This document shows, in pieces, positions 15,931 to 25,492 of a stretch of DNA of 58,917 bases. Position 1 is the stretch's first letter, and every line of letters starts with the position of its first letter. Both the position numbers and the translations under genes were made by a program. The DNA comes from a virus, in IMG/VR virus record IMGVR_UViG_3300002307_000004, positions 1 through 58,917 of that record, one strand, 5' to 3'. The notes beneath the pieces are model-generated. The model was not told where the DNA came from and did no database searches. It saw only the letters and a program-made list of their open reading frames with translations.

Positions 15931-17064
15931 ATGTCTATTACAGCTAACTCCGGTCCTTATATTGCGTTTGGGCAGAACACTATCGGCCTTGTAACGGATT
16001 ACAACCCTGATCTCGGCCCGTCGCTCTTTTGGGGCGGCGTGGGCCGAATCGACCCTCGTCCTAACTTCAATTATGTCCCCGGGCAGAACTTTGGAGCTTT
16101 GACGGCGGGCTTCGCAACTTCTGATACGATGACCATTAACTATGCTCCTTACGCATTGGGGAATGCTGCAATTGCAGCAGCCGCAAACGTTGTAAGCGGC
16201 ACTGCAATGACCCTCGTATCTACCAACTCCACTTCTACTGGTGTTTCGGTTAACGCTACTTGCACTAACTACAACACTGGGGTGGCTGTAACTGGCCTTC
16301 TTATGGTTGATGGCTTCTGCTCCTTCACGGGTGTGGTTGCTGCCAACGTTCTGACCGTTTCGTCCCTCACCGGGACCGTGACTGTCGGGATGACTCTTTC
16401 GGGTACGGGTGTTGCTACTGGTACTCTTGTAACTGCACAGCTTACTGGCCCTGCTGGTGGTGCTGGCACTTACTCCGTAACTGGTAACGCTACTGTAAGC
16501 TCCACGACCATCACTGGTCAGGCTACCGGAACTCCTGCTCTCGTGCAGTTGTTTGGTCAGTCCCAGACCATTGGGGTATGGAATCCACAGGCAATGGTTG
16601 CTCGTGCGGTAAGTGTTACGGGTTCCGCGTCTGCTACTGGCGGTAACATTACGATTTCTGGCTACGACATTTATGGCGTACCAATGTCGGAAGTGATTGC
16701 TGCTCCAGCAAGTGCAACGACCGTAAACGGGAAAAAAGCGTTTAAGTATATTTCGTCGGTTGTCCCGGCGTTTACTGATGCGCACAATTATTCCGTTGGC
16801 ACGACTGACATCTACGGCTTCCCGCTTCGCTCTGATTTCTTTGGCGATGTAGCAATCAACTACAATGCCACTGGTATTACTGCAAACACGGGTTATGTTG
16901 CGGCTGTCACAACCAGTCCTGCCACCACCACTACGGGTGACGTTCGCGGCACCTACGCTTTGCAGTCGGCTGCTGACGCTTCAAAACGTTTGTTGATCCG
17001 CCAGTTTGTTATCCCAGCCAACATCGGTTCCATTACGGGCCTGTTTGGCGTTACCCAAGCATAA
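15931..17064 (+). CDS. structural protein, Thr/Gly/Ala/Val-rich (377 aa)
   Basis: Follows the capsid gene. Repetitive VTG/TGT-rich composition suggests a capsid-surface or fibre-like protein. Confidence 0.55.
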   Translation: MSITANSGPYIAFGQNTIGLVTDYNPDLGPSLFWGGVGRIDPRPNFNYVPGQNFGALTAGFATSDTMTINYAPYALGNAAIAAAANVVSGTAMTLVSTNSTSTGVSVNATCTNYNTGVAVTGLLMVDGFCSFTGVVAANVLTVSSLTGTVTVGMTLSGTGVATGTLVTAQLTGPAGGAGTYSVTGNATVSSTTITGQATGTPALVQLFGQSQTIGVWNPQAMVARAVSVTGSASATGGNITISGYDIYGVPMSEVIAAPASATTVNGKKAFKYISSVVPAFTDAHNYSVGTTDIYGFPLRSDFFGDVAINYNATGITANTGYVAAVTTSPATTTTGDVRGTYALQSAADASKRLLIRQFVIPANIGSITGLFGVTQA

Positions 17065-17078
17065 TGAGGACATGACCC

Positions 17079-17474
17079 ATGAAGGCTCATAAATCACACG
17101 GCATGCACCACGAACATCATGGTCATCATGAGCATGACATTCATGCGCATGTCAAAAAGCACTCGATGAAGCATCACCGCAAGGCTCACAAGCGCGGCGG
17201 CAAGGTGGCAGAAGGTCATGAAGTTCATGACGAAACCCCATCTGACGTGTACGCTGGTGCAAACTCCAATGTTGTTAAAGAAGCCGCTCACAAGAAGCGT
17301 GGCGGTGCACTGAAGCACAAGCATCTGGAAGCGCATGGTCACCATGCCAAACACCGCCTTGATCGTCCTGCGCGTAAGCATGGCGGCAAGGTAGGCTCGG
17401 ACATGAGTCCATTCTCTTCGGCTCATAACGTTAAGACCCCTGCTGGTCGCGACGTGGGTCCGGGGGAGTCCTGA
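17079..17474 (+). CDS. histidine-rich basic protein with three K-x-GG-K/A motifs
   Basis: 131 aa. MKAHKSHGMHHEHHGHHEHDIHAHVKKHSMKHHRKAHKRGGKV..., roughly one residue in five is His by eye. Confidence 0.65.
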   Translation: MKAHKSHGMHHEHHGHHEHDIHAHVKKHSMKHHRKAHKRGGKVAEGHEVHDETPSDVYAGANSNVVKEAAHKKRGGALKHKHLEAHGHHAKHRLDRPARKHGGKVGSDMSPFSSAHNVKTPAGRDVGPGES

Positions 17475-17503
17475 GCCGTCCACACCACGAAAGTGGGGGC
17501 GGC

Positions 17504-17680
17504 GTGAAGTGGATACAGGGCGCGATTAAACACCCCGGTGCCCTTCATAAACAGCTTCACGTTCCGGCGGGGGAAAAAATCCCCGCCAAGAAGCTAGATA
17601 AAGCGGCGCATAGCGACAACCCCTTGCTTGCGAAACGTGCCAATCTAGCCAAAACGTTGAAGAAGATGCACCATACGTAA
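17504..17680 (+). CDS. small conserved-looking basic protein (58 aa, below track cutoff)
   Basis: GTG start after GTGGGGG. Reads KWIQGAIKHPGALHKQLHVPAGEKIPAKKLDKAAHSDNPLLAKRANLAKTLKKMHHT and ends just before a terminator. Confidence 0.45.
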   Translation: MKWIQGAIKHPGALHKQLHVPAGEKIPAKKLDKAAHSDNPLLAKRANLAKTLKKMHHT

Positions 17681-17682
17681 AA

Positions 17683-17705
17683 GGGGGGCTAACGCCCCCT
17701 TTTTC
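17683..17705 (+). terminator. rho-independent terminator after the capsid cluster
   Basis: GGGGGC-TAAC-GCCCCC followed by TTTTT. Confidence 0.8.
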
Positions 17706-17719
17706 ATTTGGAGATTCGG

Positions 17720-17968
17720 ATGTCTACACCAGCTTGGCAACGATCAGAAGGAAAGAGCGAGTCCGGCGGATTGAACGCCAAAGGGCGCGAATCTTATCAT
17801 CATGAAACGGGCGGCACACTTAAAGCCCCCACCAAAGACACGCATAACTCACGGCATCATTCATTCTGTAGCCGGATGGAAGGGATGCGGTCTAAATTAA
17901 CCAATCACAAGAATGCGCATGATCCCGACAGCCGGATTAATAAAGCATTACGCAAATGGGGTTGCTAA
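17720..17968 (+). CDS. hypothetical protein (82 aa)
   Basis: ATG 17720 after GGAGA. MSTPAWQRSEGKSESGGLNAKGRESYHHETGGTLK...SFCSRMEGM... Confidence 0.55.
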   Translation: MSTPAWQRSEGKSESGGLNAKGRESYHHETGGTLKAPTKDTHNSRHHSFCSRMEGMRSKLTNHKNAHDPDSRINKALRKWGC

Positions 17969-18132
17969 TGGAAAAGAAACCATTTTGGGATCACCCACAG
18001 GAAAAAGATGCTCATCACAAGCATTTGACCGCAAAACAGAAATCAACCGCTAAAGCACATGCGCGAGCCGCTGGTAGACCATACCCAAATCTGGTAGACA
18101 ATGCAGCTATGGCTCGAAAGAAGGGTAAATAA
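17968..18132 (+). CDS. small basic protein (54 aa, below track cutoff)
   Basis: TAATG overlap with the previous gene. Reads MEKKPFWDHPQEKDAHHKHLTAKQKSTAKAHARAAGRPYPNLVDNAAMARKKGK. Confidence 0.45.
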   Translation: MEKKPFWDHPQEKDAHHKHLTAKQKSTAKAHARAAGRPYPNLVDNAAMARKKGK

Positions 18133-18133
18133 C

Positions 18134-18814
18134 ATGCGTTTTGTAGTAGTTACTTGCGGCCCATATACCGCACCAAGCGCAACAAACATTAAATCGGCTG
18201 CTTCAATCGGCGCGGCTGGGGCCGTGACGTTGAATGGCTCTTTAGTGTCAGGTGGTGTTGCTACTTTGGACCAGCCTCGCCGTGTTTTGTTTACTTCCGC
18301 GGGTAACGATAGTGGTATTACGTTTACCATAACGGGCACGGATTGGAACGGTGCTTACGCCACTGAAGTGCTTACTGGGGCAAACGCCACAACAACTTAT
18401 ACGGTTTATGATTACAAAACAGTAACGTCAATTGTTGCTTCTGGCGCGTCTGCGGGCAACGTAAGCATTGGGACAAATGGGATTGCATCAAGCCGCCCCG
18501 TTTTCCTTGACTGGTATGCGGATAGTAGTACTTATATCCAAACTGATACTGGTGGGTCTTCTGCTATTACGTACACAATCCAGCTTTCTGGTGACAATCC
18601 CAATGATCCAGCAACGGGCAGCGGCAATACGGGCTATACAAATGCTCGTTGGGTAAATTCAGGCACGGCTGCAATTGTCAACGCAACAAGTTCGCAAAAT
18701 GCTAACCAAGCTGGTATTCCAACAATGATTCGTTGTTATATTAGTAATGCTGGGTCCAATACGTCTGCTTCTGTACATGTAAACTTTAACCAATCTGGTA
18801 TGGTTTCTTATTAA
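18134..18814 (+). CDS. structural protein (226 aa)
   Basis: ATG 18134, 2 nt after the previous stop. Ser/Thr/Gly-rich beta-type composition. Confidence 0.55.
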   Translation: MRFVVVTCGPYTAPSATNIKSAASIGAAGAVTLNGSLVSGGVATLDQPRRVLFTSAGNDSGITFTITGTDWNGAYATEVLTGANATTTYTVYDYKTVTSIVASGASAGNVSIGTNGIASSRPVFLDWYADSSTYIQTDTGGSSAITYTIQLSGDNPNDPATGSGNTGYTNARWVNSGTAAIVNATSSQNANQAGIPTMIRCYISNAGSNTSASVHVNFNQSGMVSY

Positions 18815-18829
18815 TTTTATAGGGGTTAC

Positions 18830-19522
18830 ATGACAACTAGCGGGACATACAATTTTAACCCGTCGCTAGGGGAATTGGTCCTCAATGCATTTGCGCGTTG
18901 TGGAGTACGTCGTACTGCGCTTTTGCAAGAACACATGCAAGATGCCCGCATGGAAACCAATTTGATGTTGTCAAACTGGTCCAATCGCGGGGTTAACCTG
19001 TGGGAAGTGGACGTGCAGACGGTTGTTTTGTCCCAAGGGACAACGACTTATAACGTTCCATCCAACACTATCATGATCTTGGACGCGTATATTTCGACTG
19101 GGTCTGGTCAGAGTCAATTTGACCGTGTGATCATGCCGATTTCACGTTCCGAGTACAGCCAGACTCCAAACAAGAACCAGCAAGCACCGCCCACGGTGTT
19201 TTGGTTTGACCGTTTGATTAACCCAACGGTAACGCTTTGGCCTGTGCCGGATCAGGATAATCAATACACGCTGCGCTATTACCGCGTTAAACAGATTCAA
19301 GACGCTAACTACGATAACGGGCAAACTGTCGATATCCCGTATCGTTGGTTTGATGCGTTTGCGGCTGGCTTGGCGGCTCGTTTGGCTGGAATTTACGCGC
19401 CTGATCGTGTGCAGATTTTGGGGACAAATGCGGAATCCGCGTACATGATTGCGGCTACGCAGGATACCGAAAACGTTCCAATGTACTTAACCCCGGGCCT
19501 TTCTGGCTATTATAGGATGTAA
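18830..19522 (+). CDS. head-tail adaptor/neck-like protein (putative)
   Basis: 230 aa. Shares the TLWPVPDQDNQYTLRYY versus SLGPVPDQAYPVEVVG signature and similar size with 24788..25489. Confidence 0.4.
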   Translation: MTTSGTYNFNPSLGELVLNAFARCGVRRTALLQEHMQDARMETNLMLSNWSNRGVNLWEVDVQTVVLSQGTTTYNVPSNTIMILDAYISTGSGQSQFDRVIMPISRSEYSQTPNKNQQAPPTVFWFDRLINPTVTLWPVPDQDNQYTLRYYRVKQIQDANYDNGQTVDIPYRWFDAFAAGLAARLAGIYAPDRVQILGTNAESAYMIAATQDTENVPMYLTPGLSGYYRM

Positions 19523-19524
19523 TA

Positions 19525-20265
19525 ATGTCCTATCGGTTTCATGGTCGTGCAAATGTAGACCCAAGTAATCCACGGGCGTTTGGTCGGTGCGACCGCTGTG
19601 GTTTCATTTACAACCAGAGCAGCCTTCGTTTCCAATTTGATTTTCGTGGCCCGCAGTTGCAGAACTTGCGGTTTTTGGTGTGCCAAACATGCTACGATAC
19701 GCCGCAAACGCAATTGAAACCTATTATTGTAACGCAAGACCCGACACCGATTATCAATGCGCGTCCGGAAGACTACAACTACGCGAACGCCAGTTATCTG
19801 GCGGCTACAGAACCAACGACAACATACCAACTTACGGGTATTCCGGTCGATAATAACGTAGATTTGATTACCGAAGACGGAATTAACATTGTTACGCAGC
19901 CAACGGGTGTGCCGACAGGGCTTAACCCTAATGCTGTAATGCCGTTGCAGGGCACCACAAAGTATGATGTTGTGCTCCCCGTTATTTCAATTACTACAAA
20001 CGGGACAACAATTGTTACGGTAACGTGCAGCAGTGCACATGGTCTTTCAACCAATTCGCAAGTGTCTGTTGAAAATTTGACCAATAATAAATCTAGCGGG
20101 TTTTATTCCGTTACGGTTACAACGGCTACTGCATTTACCTACACTGTTGCATCGCCTATAGTGGCGGGAAGTTTGATTGACGGTAATACGCGTGTGGCAA
20201 CAGCCAACGTTGGCTTGCCGACAGGGTTTACACAAATACCACAAGTCGGGGCTTTAAATGGCTAA
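19525..20265 (+). CDS. virion protein with N-terminal zinc ribbon (CDRC ... CQTC)
   Basis: 246 aa, located between the adaptor-like and tail fibre genes. Confidence 0.5.
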   Translation: MSYRFHGRANVDPSNPRAFGRCDRCGFIYNQSSLRFQFDFRGPQLQNLRFLVCQTCYDTPQTQLKPIIVTQDPTPIINARPEDYNYANASYLAATEPTTTYQLTGIPVDNNVDLITEDGINIVTQPTGVPTGLNPNAVMPLQGTTKYDVVLPVISITTNGTTIVTVTCSSAHGLSTNSQVSVENLTNNKSSGFYSVTVTTATAFTYTVASPIVAGSLIDGNTRVATANVGLPTGFTQIPQVGALNG

Positions 20266-23200
20266 TATCTCAATCACCAACCTCCCCGCTGCAACGTCGG
20301 TCACGGGCAATGACTCGGTCCCTATCGTTCAAACCAGCACAAGCGTTCGCGCCACTTTGTCGCAGATTGCGGCTTACACGCAGTCTGTGTACCCTGCGCC
20401 GGGCGTAACATCTGTCGCGACATCCGGCCCTATTACTGGCGGGCCAATTACGTCCACGGGGACTATAAGTCTTAGCACTGGCGGTGTGACCAACACGTAT
20501 CTGGGCACGATGCCAACCTTGACCCTTAAAGGGAACAGCACAGGCGGGACTGCGTCTCCTTCGGATTTGAGTGTATCGACAGTAATGACGATGTTGGGGG
20601 CCGCGCCGTTGGCATCCCCAACATTTACAGGCACTCCGTTAGCCCCGACACCGTCCACGTCGGACAGTTCAACCAAGATTGCAACAACCGCGTATGTAAA
20701 GGCTCAAGGTTATGGGACGGGTTCTGTCACGTCTGTTTCGGCTGGTAGTGGTTTATCGGGCGGTACAATTACGACGACTGGGACAATTTCATTACCGACT
20801 ACGGGTGTAACTGCCGCCTCTTACGGATCGTCGTCTGCGGTTCCCACGTTTACGGTTGATACGTACGGGCGCATTACAGCCGCAAGCAACACAAACATTT
20901 CCACGTCTGCTATTGGCGCGGTTCCAACATCTAGAACTATCGCGACATCTGGCGGGTTGTCTGGTGGTGGTGATCTGACTACCGATAGATCGTTTACCCT
21001 TACACCTATCGCAAACAACACGCTGTTGGGTAATACGACAGGTTCATCCGCAAGCCCTGTGTCTACGACATTGAGCAGCATTATGGATGCGACGTTGGGC
21101 AACCAGCAGGGGGACGTTGTTTACCGCACGGGTTCCATTTGGACAACCCTAACGCCCGGGGCGGCGGGTCAGCTTCTCGCAACTGGCGGGGTTGGCTCTA
21201 ATCCGTATTGGGCATCTGTCGCTGGTACGGGTACTGTCTTGAGTATTGGGGCTGGCACGGGTCTTTCCAGCAGCACTACCAACCCAATTACAACATCCGG
21301 CACTATAAGCATTGCGAATACGGCGGTTACGTCAGGTGCATACGGGTCATCGTCTTCTGTCGCGACATTTACTGTCAACGCACAGGGGCAGTTGACTGCT
21401 GCGGCAAGCACCCCGATTAATGCAATTGCCCTGACAACAGGTACAATTAGCACTGCCCCAACAAATGGCACCGATATTGCCAACAAAGATTATGTTGATG
21501 GTATCGCGCAGGGGCTTAACTTCCATGCCGCTTGTAATTACGCAACAACGACAAGTAATAATTATACCGTTACCTATAACAACGGTTCTTCCGGTGTAGG
21601 GGCTACATTAACAAACGCTGGTGCACTCGCAGCTTTTGCTGTCGATGGTGTGACAATGACCAGTGGGAATATTGGTAACCGAATCTTAATTAAAAACCAA
21701 ACAAACGGCGCGTATAACGGGGTTTATACCCTCACGACAGTCGGGAGTGGTTCAGTCGCATGGGTGCTTACCCGCGCAACGGATTACGACACCAGCGGTT
21801 CGGGTACCAACGAAATTGATGTCGGCGACTTTATGTACGTGTTGTCTGGCAACACGCTCGCCAACACGTCATGGGTCCAACAAACCCCGCTTCCTATTAC
21901 AGTCGGCACAACAGCTTTGGTGTTCTTGCAGTTTGGCGCACAAATTACCTACACGGCTGGTACGGGGTTAACCCTTGCCGCCAACCAATTTAGCATTACA
22001 AACACTTCCGTAACCGCCAATAGCTATGGCTCCGCATCGTCCGTTCCAACATATACCGTAAACGCACAGGGGCAGCTTACAGCGGCTTCTAACACATCCA
22101 TCGCCATTGATGCATCCGCCATTACATCGGGCACCCTTGGCGTTGCCCGTGGCGGCACGGGGGCAGCTACATTGGCTGCTAACGGTGTCCTGTACGGTAG
22201 CGGGACAAGTGCTCTTGGCGTGACCGCTGTTGGTGCAACTGGTCAGGTTCTTATTGGGAATACTGGTGCGGCCCCATCATGGTCCAACTTGTCCTCCAAT
22301 GCCGTAACATCCATTACGTTTGGGACTACAGGTTTAACACCTTCGTCAGCTTCTAATGGAGCAATTACCGTTGCGGGGACTCTTGTTGCTGCAAACGGTG
22401 GTACGGGCCAATCAACCTATACGGTTGGTGATTTGCTGTACGCATCTACAACATCCGCCCTGTCCCGCCTTGCGGACGTTGCTGTTGGCTCCGTTCTGAC
22501 TTCTGGCGGCATTGGCGTTGCTCCTGCATGGTCAACACTTTCCAGCGTGGCTGTAACATCAATTTCCGGGGGGACGACAGGCCTTACGCCATCGTCCGCT
22601 ACGTCAGGGGCCGTGACTCTTGCCGGGACTCTTGTCGCCTCAAACGGCGGTACGGGTCAATCGACTTACACGGTCGGGGATTTGTTATACGCGTCGTCTT
22701 CAACGGCATTGTCCAAATTGGCGGACGTTGCTACGGGTTCTGTTCTTGTATCCGGCGGTGTCGGCGTCGCCCCTGCGTATTCGGCAACACCAACTGTAAC
22801 AAGCCTTACTGCTTCCACGAGCTTAACGTCACCTATCCATAACAGCAGCACTACTTTGTCCTTGCAAACGGGCGGGACAACTGGGTTGTATATCGACGCA
22901 TCGCAGAATGTGGGGATTGGGACAAGTTCGCCCACGCAGAAGTTGGATATAACAGGAAGCGCTAACGTATCCGGCACGGTTGCTATGGGGTCATCGTTCC
23001 TCCGCAACCGCATCATCAATGGTGACATGCGGATTAATCAACGAGCAACTTCTGTCACTGCAAGCGGATACACAGTTGACAGGTTTGCGTATTTTGGAAC
23101 CGTGGCATCAAAGGTAACTGTTTCTCAAGATACATCTGTTTATCCAGTGGGGTTTAATGACTCGCTCAAAGTGCTTTCATCTTCTGCTTATACGGTGGGG

Positions 23201-24025
23201 TCTACAGAGGAGTTTGAAGTCTATCAAAGCATTGAAGGTTTGAATATTGCCGATTTAGGATGGGGAACTGCTAACGCTAAAACTGTCACCCTGTCTTTCC
23301 AAGTGTATTCTAGTTTGACTGGAACATTTGGTGGCGCATTACAAAACTCAGCAGCCAATCGGTCATATCCATTTACATACACTATTTCTTCTGCAAACAC
23401 TTGGACCACTGTGTCTATCACTGTTGCTGGAGACACAAGCGGCACTTGGTTGACGACAAACGGTGCTGGCATAATTGTTTATTTTGGCCTTGGTGTTGGC
23501 TCCACAAAATCTGGAACGGCTGGCGCATGGGCTGGTGCGTATTATACGTCTGCTACAGGAGCAGTATCTGTTGTCGGCACAAACGCTGCAACGTGGTATC
23601 TCACAGGCGTACAGCTTGAAGTTGGCACTGTCGCCACGCCATTTGAACGGCGGTTGTATGGTACTGAGTTGATGCTGTGCCAGCGATATTATTACCGGAT
23701 TACTTCGCAAGCGGCAGGTGATTATTTTGTTAATACGGCTTTTGCTGTTAGCACAACACAGGCTTTTGGTTTTAGTACATTTCCGGTCCAAATGAGAACA
23801 AAACCAACAGCACTTGAGCAAAGTGGTACAGCCGCTGATTATAATGTTGTTAGGTGTGGTGCTGGCACTAATACAAATTGCAGTGCTGTCCCTACGTTTG
23901 GCGTAGCAAATTTGAATAATGCCGAAACAGTTTTTACGGTAGCTTCAGGATTAGTTAATGGCGGGGCTGGTGCTATACAATCAAATAATACCAGCGCATA
24001 TCTTGGCTGGTCAGCGGAGCTATGA
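20258..24025 (+). CDS. tail fibre protein, repeat-rich (1255 aa)
   Basis: Four copies of the module TGTISL..TGVT..SYGSSS.VPTFTV...G.ITAAS. Also a tandem ~83-aa module containing NGGTGQSTYTVGDLLYAS. Thr/Ser/Gly-rich throughout. Confidence 0.8.
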   Translation: MANISITNLPAATSVTGNDSVPIVQTSTSVRATLSQIAAYTQSVYPAPGVTSVATSGPITGGPITSTGTISLSTGGVTNTYLGTMPTLTLKGNSTGGTASPSDLSVSTVMTMLGAAPLASPTFTGTPLAPTPSTSDSSTKIATTAYVKAQGYGTGSVTSVSAGSGLSGGTITTTGTISLPTTGVTAASYGSSSAVPTFTVDTYGRITAASNTNISTSAIGAVPTSRTIATSGGLSGGGDLTTDRSFTLTPIANNTLLGNTTGSSASPVSTTLSSIMDATLGNQQGDVVYRTGSIWTTLTPGAAGQLLATGGVGSNPYWASVAGTGTVLSIGAGTGLSSSTTNPITTSGTISIANTAVTSGAYGSSSSVATFTVNAQGQLTAAASTPINAIALTTGTISTAPTNGTDIANKDYVDGIAQGLNFHAACNYATTTSNNYTVTYNNGSSGVGATLTNAGALAAFAVDGVTMTSGNIGNRILIKNQTNGAYNGVYTLTTVGSGSVAWVLTRATDYDTSGSGTNEIDVGDFMYVLSGNTLANTSWVQQTPLPITVGTTALVFLQFGAQITYTAGTGLTLAANQFSITNTSVTANSYGSASSVPTYTVNAQGQLTAASNTSIAIDASAITSGTLGVARGGTGAATLAANGVLYGSGTSALGVTAVGATGQVLIGNTGAAPSWSNLSSNAVTSITFGTTGLTPSSASNGAITVAGTLVAANGGTGQSTYTVGDLLYASTTSALSRLADVAVGSVLTSGGIGVAPAWSTLSSVAVTSISGGTTGLTPSSATSGAVTLAGTLVASNGGTGQSTYTVGDLLYASSSTALSKLADVATGSVLVSGGVGVAPAYSATPTVTSLTASTSLTSPIHNSSTTLSLQTGGTTGLYIDASQNVGIGTSSPTQKLDITGSANVSGTVAMGSSFLRNRIINGDMRINQRATSVTASGYTVDRFAYFGTVASKVTVSQDTSVYPVGFNDSLKVLSSSAYTVGSTEEFEVYQSIEGLNIADLGWGTANAKTVTLSFQVYSSLTGTFGGALQNSAANRSYPFTYTISSANTWTTVSITVAGDTSGTWLTTNGAGIIVYFGLGVGSTKSGTAGAWAGAYYTSATGAVSVVGTNAATWYLTGVQLEVGTVATPFERRLYGTELMLCQRYYYRITSQAAGDYFVNTAFAVSTTQAFGFSTFPVQMRTKPTALEQSGTAADYNVVRCGAGTNTNCSAVPTFGVANLNNAETVFTVASGLVNGGAGAIQSNNTSAYLGWSAEL
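22301..22798 (+). repeat. 249-nt (83-aa) tandem duplication inside the tail fibre gene
   Basis: AVTSITFGTTGLTPSSASNGAITVAGTLVAANGGTGQSTYTVGDLLYAS... is repeated as AVTSISGGTTGLTPSSATSGAVTLAGTLVASNGGTGQSTYTVGDLLYAS... Confidence 0.85.
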
Positions 24026-24183
24026 TCATGATTAACCTCTCCCTTACCGTTGAACAAGTGAACCTGATCCTCGCCTCATTGGGCCAGCGGCCTTATGTGG
24101 ATGTGGCTGATCTGATCCACCGCATTAAGATTGATGCGGAAGCCCAACTGGCTCCTAAACCGCAAGAACCCGAAAGCGAATAG
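24022..24183 (+). CDS. small protein (53 aa, below track cutoff)
   Basis: ATGA overlap with the tail fibre stop. Reads MIMINLSLTVEQVNLILASLGQRPYVDVADLIHRIKIDAEAQLAPKPQEPESE. Confidence 0.45.
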   Translation: MIMINLSLTVEQVNLILASLGQRPYVDVADLIHRIKIDAEAQLAPKPQEPESE

Positions 24184-24184
24184 C

Positions 24185-24418
24185 ATGGATTGGCAGCATG
24201 TAATTGATCTGGCGGGGGCAGCGATATTAGCCATGTTGGGCTGGTTTTGCCTTCAATTGTGGAACGCGATGGCGGAACTTCGAAAAGATGTTCACTCGTT
24301 GGAGATAAGTCTTCCAATCTATTATGTCCGCCGCGATGAATTTTCGGATAGCATAAAAGAAATTAAATCCATGTTAGAAAAGATTTTTGATAAGTTGGAC
24401 GGCAAGGCCGACAAATAG
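24185..24418 (+). CDS. single-pass membrane/coiled-coil protein (77 aa)
   Basis: ATG 24185. Hydrophobic LAGAAILAMLGWFCLQLW followed by a charged helix. Confidence 0.5.
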   Translation: MDWQHVIDLAGAAILAMLGWFCLQLWNAMAELRKDVHSLEISLPIYYVRRDEFSDSIKEIKSMLEKIFDKLDGKADK

Positions 24419-24425
24419 GTGGAAC

Positions 24426-24758
24426 ATGGCTATCAATTACATTTGGGGGTTTTCCAACATCAAATCTGCCCCGGATTTTGAAAATCTCCCGAATGTCATT
24501 CTTTCGGTTAATTGGTCATTGACTGCGCAAGATGGCCCGCTCATTGCGTCCATGTCGGGCATTTCGGTATTTGACCCGCCAACCTCGCAGGACTTTATAC
24601 CGTTTGATCAAGTAGACCCATCCATCATGGAACAGTGGGTCACGTCAACCATTGGGGCGGATCAAGTTCAAAAGTATAAAGATTTGCTTGCCGCCAAAAT
24701 ATACGCGCAACGAAATCCCATCAATACAGCACTACCGCCAGCCTTTAAAATAGGGTAA
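24426..24758 (+). CDS. hypothetical tail-module protein (110 aa)
   Basis: ATG 24426 after AGGTGG. Confidence 0.55.
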   Translation: MAINYIWGFSNIKSAPDFENLPNVILSVNWSLTAQDGPLIASMSGISVFDPPTSQDFIPFDQVDPSIMEQWVTSTIGADQVQKYKDLLAAKIYAQRNPINTALPPAFKIG

Positions 24759-24787
24759 ATTGGGTAAAATTAACCGGAAGTAACGCC

Positions 24788-25489
24788 ATGTCGCTAACGT
24801 ATACCACATTTGTATCTTCTTTAGCGAACGAAATGGCTGTTTCGTTGACTGACCCCAATTTTGTGGCGATGTTGCCTAATTTCATTGATTATACGGAATT
24901 GCGTATCCAGCGCGATTTGGACCTTCTAAATACCGTTACTGCGGATGCTACCACGGTGTTGACAAGCGGATCGCGGACTTATACCGCGCCTACAGCGTTT
25001 GTTGTGATCCAGCAGTTAAACGTTATAACCCCCGTATCTGCTTCTGTTACAACGGGCACAAAGAACGCGTTGACTCCTGTTACAAAAGAGTTCCTCGATA
25101 CGATGTACGGGAACGCGACTATACAGGCGTTGCCGCAGTATTTCGCGATGATTGACAACTGGACTATATCCTTGGGTCCAGTGCCGGATCAGGCTTACCC
25201 CGTGGAAGTTGTTGGCACTCAACGCGCTATACCGTTGTCAGCGTCTAATTCGTCAAACTATCTGTCTACGTATCTTCCGGATTTGTATTTGGCGGCAGCA
25301 ATGGTGTCCGCTTCTGGCTGGATGCGCAATTACGGTTCGCAGGCCGACACACCGCAAATGGCGCAGTCGTGGGAAAACCAATACGAAACGCTTCTTAAAT
25401 CCGCAACCGTTGAAGAATTCCGCAAGAAGTTCCAGTCTGCTGCTTGGTCTTCTATGTCCCCGACAGTTATCGCAACTCCTACGAGGTAA
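24788..25489 (+). CDS. tail tubular protein A-like (adaptor/gatekeeper, putative)
   Basis: 233 aa directly upstream of the nozzle-like gene, as in T7-type gene order. Confidence 0.45.
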   Translation: MSLTYTTFVSSLANEMAVSLTDPNFVAMLPNFIDYTELRIQRDLDLLNTVTADATTVLTSGSRTYTAPTAFVVIQQLNVITPVSASVTTGTKNALTPVTKEFLDTMYGNATIQALPQYFAMIDNWTISLGPVPDQAYPVEVVGTQRAIPLSASNSSNYLSTYLPDLYLAAAMVSASGWMRNYGSQADTPQMAQSWENQYETLLKSATVEEFRKKFQSAAWSSMSPTVIATPTR

Positions 25490-25492
25490 CAG

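Noticed and set aside
15115-16785. Long minus-strand ORFs (232 and 295 aa) opposite the capsid and following gene; likewise 9331..10065, 33080..33715, 33788..34528 and 27509..28063
   Set aside because: They are shadow ORFs antisense to well-supported genes. They have Arg/Ser/Cys-rich nonsense-like composition, no RBS and no coupling to neighbours.
14379-24025. Possible diversity-generating retroelement, prompted by the BPP-1-like cement/capsid analogy and the repeat-rich fibre
   Set aside because: No reverse transcriptase-like ORF (no YxDD motif) anywhere in the window. The fibre repeats are in-gene tandem duplications, not a template/variable repeat pair.
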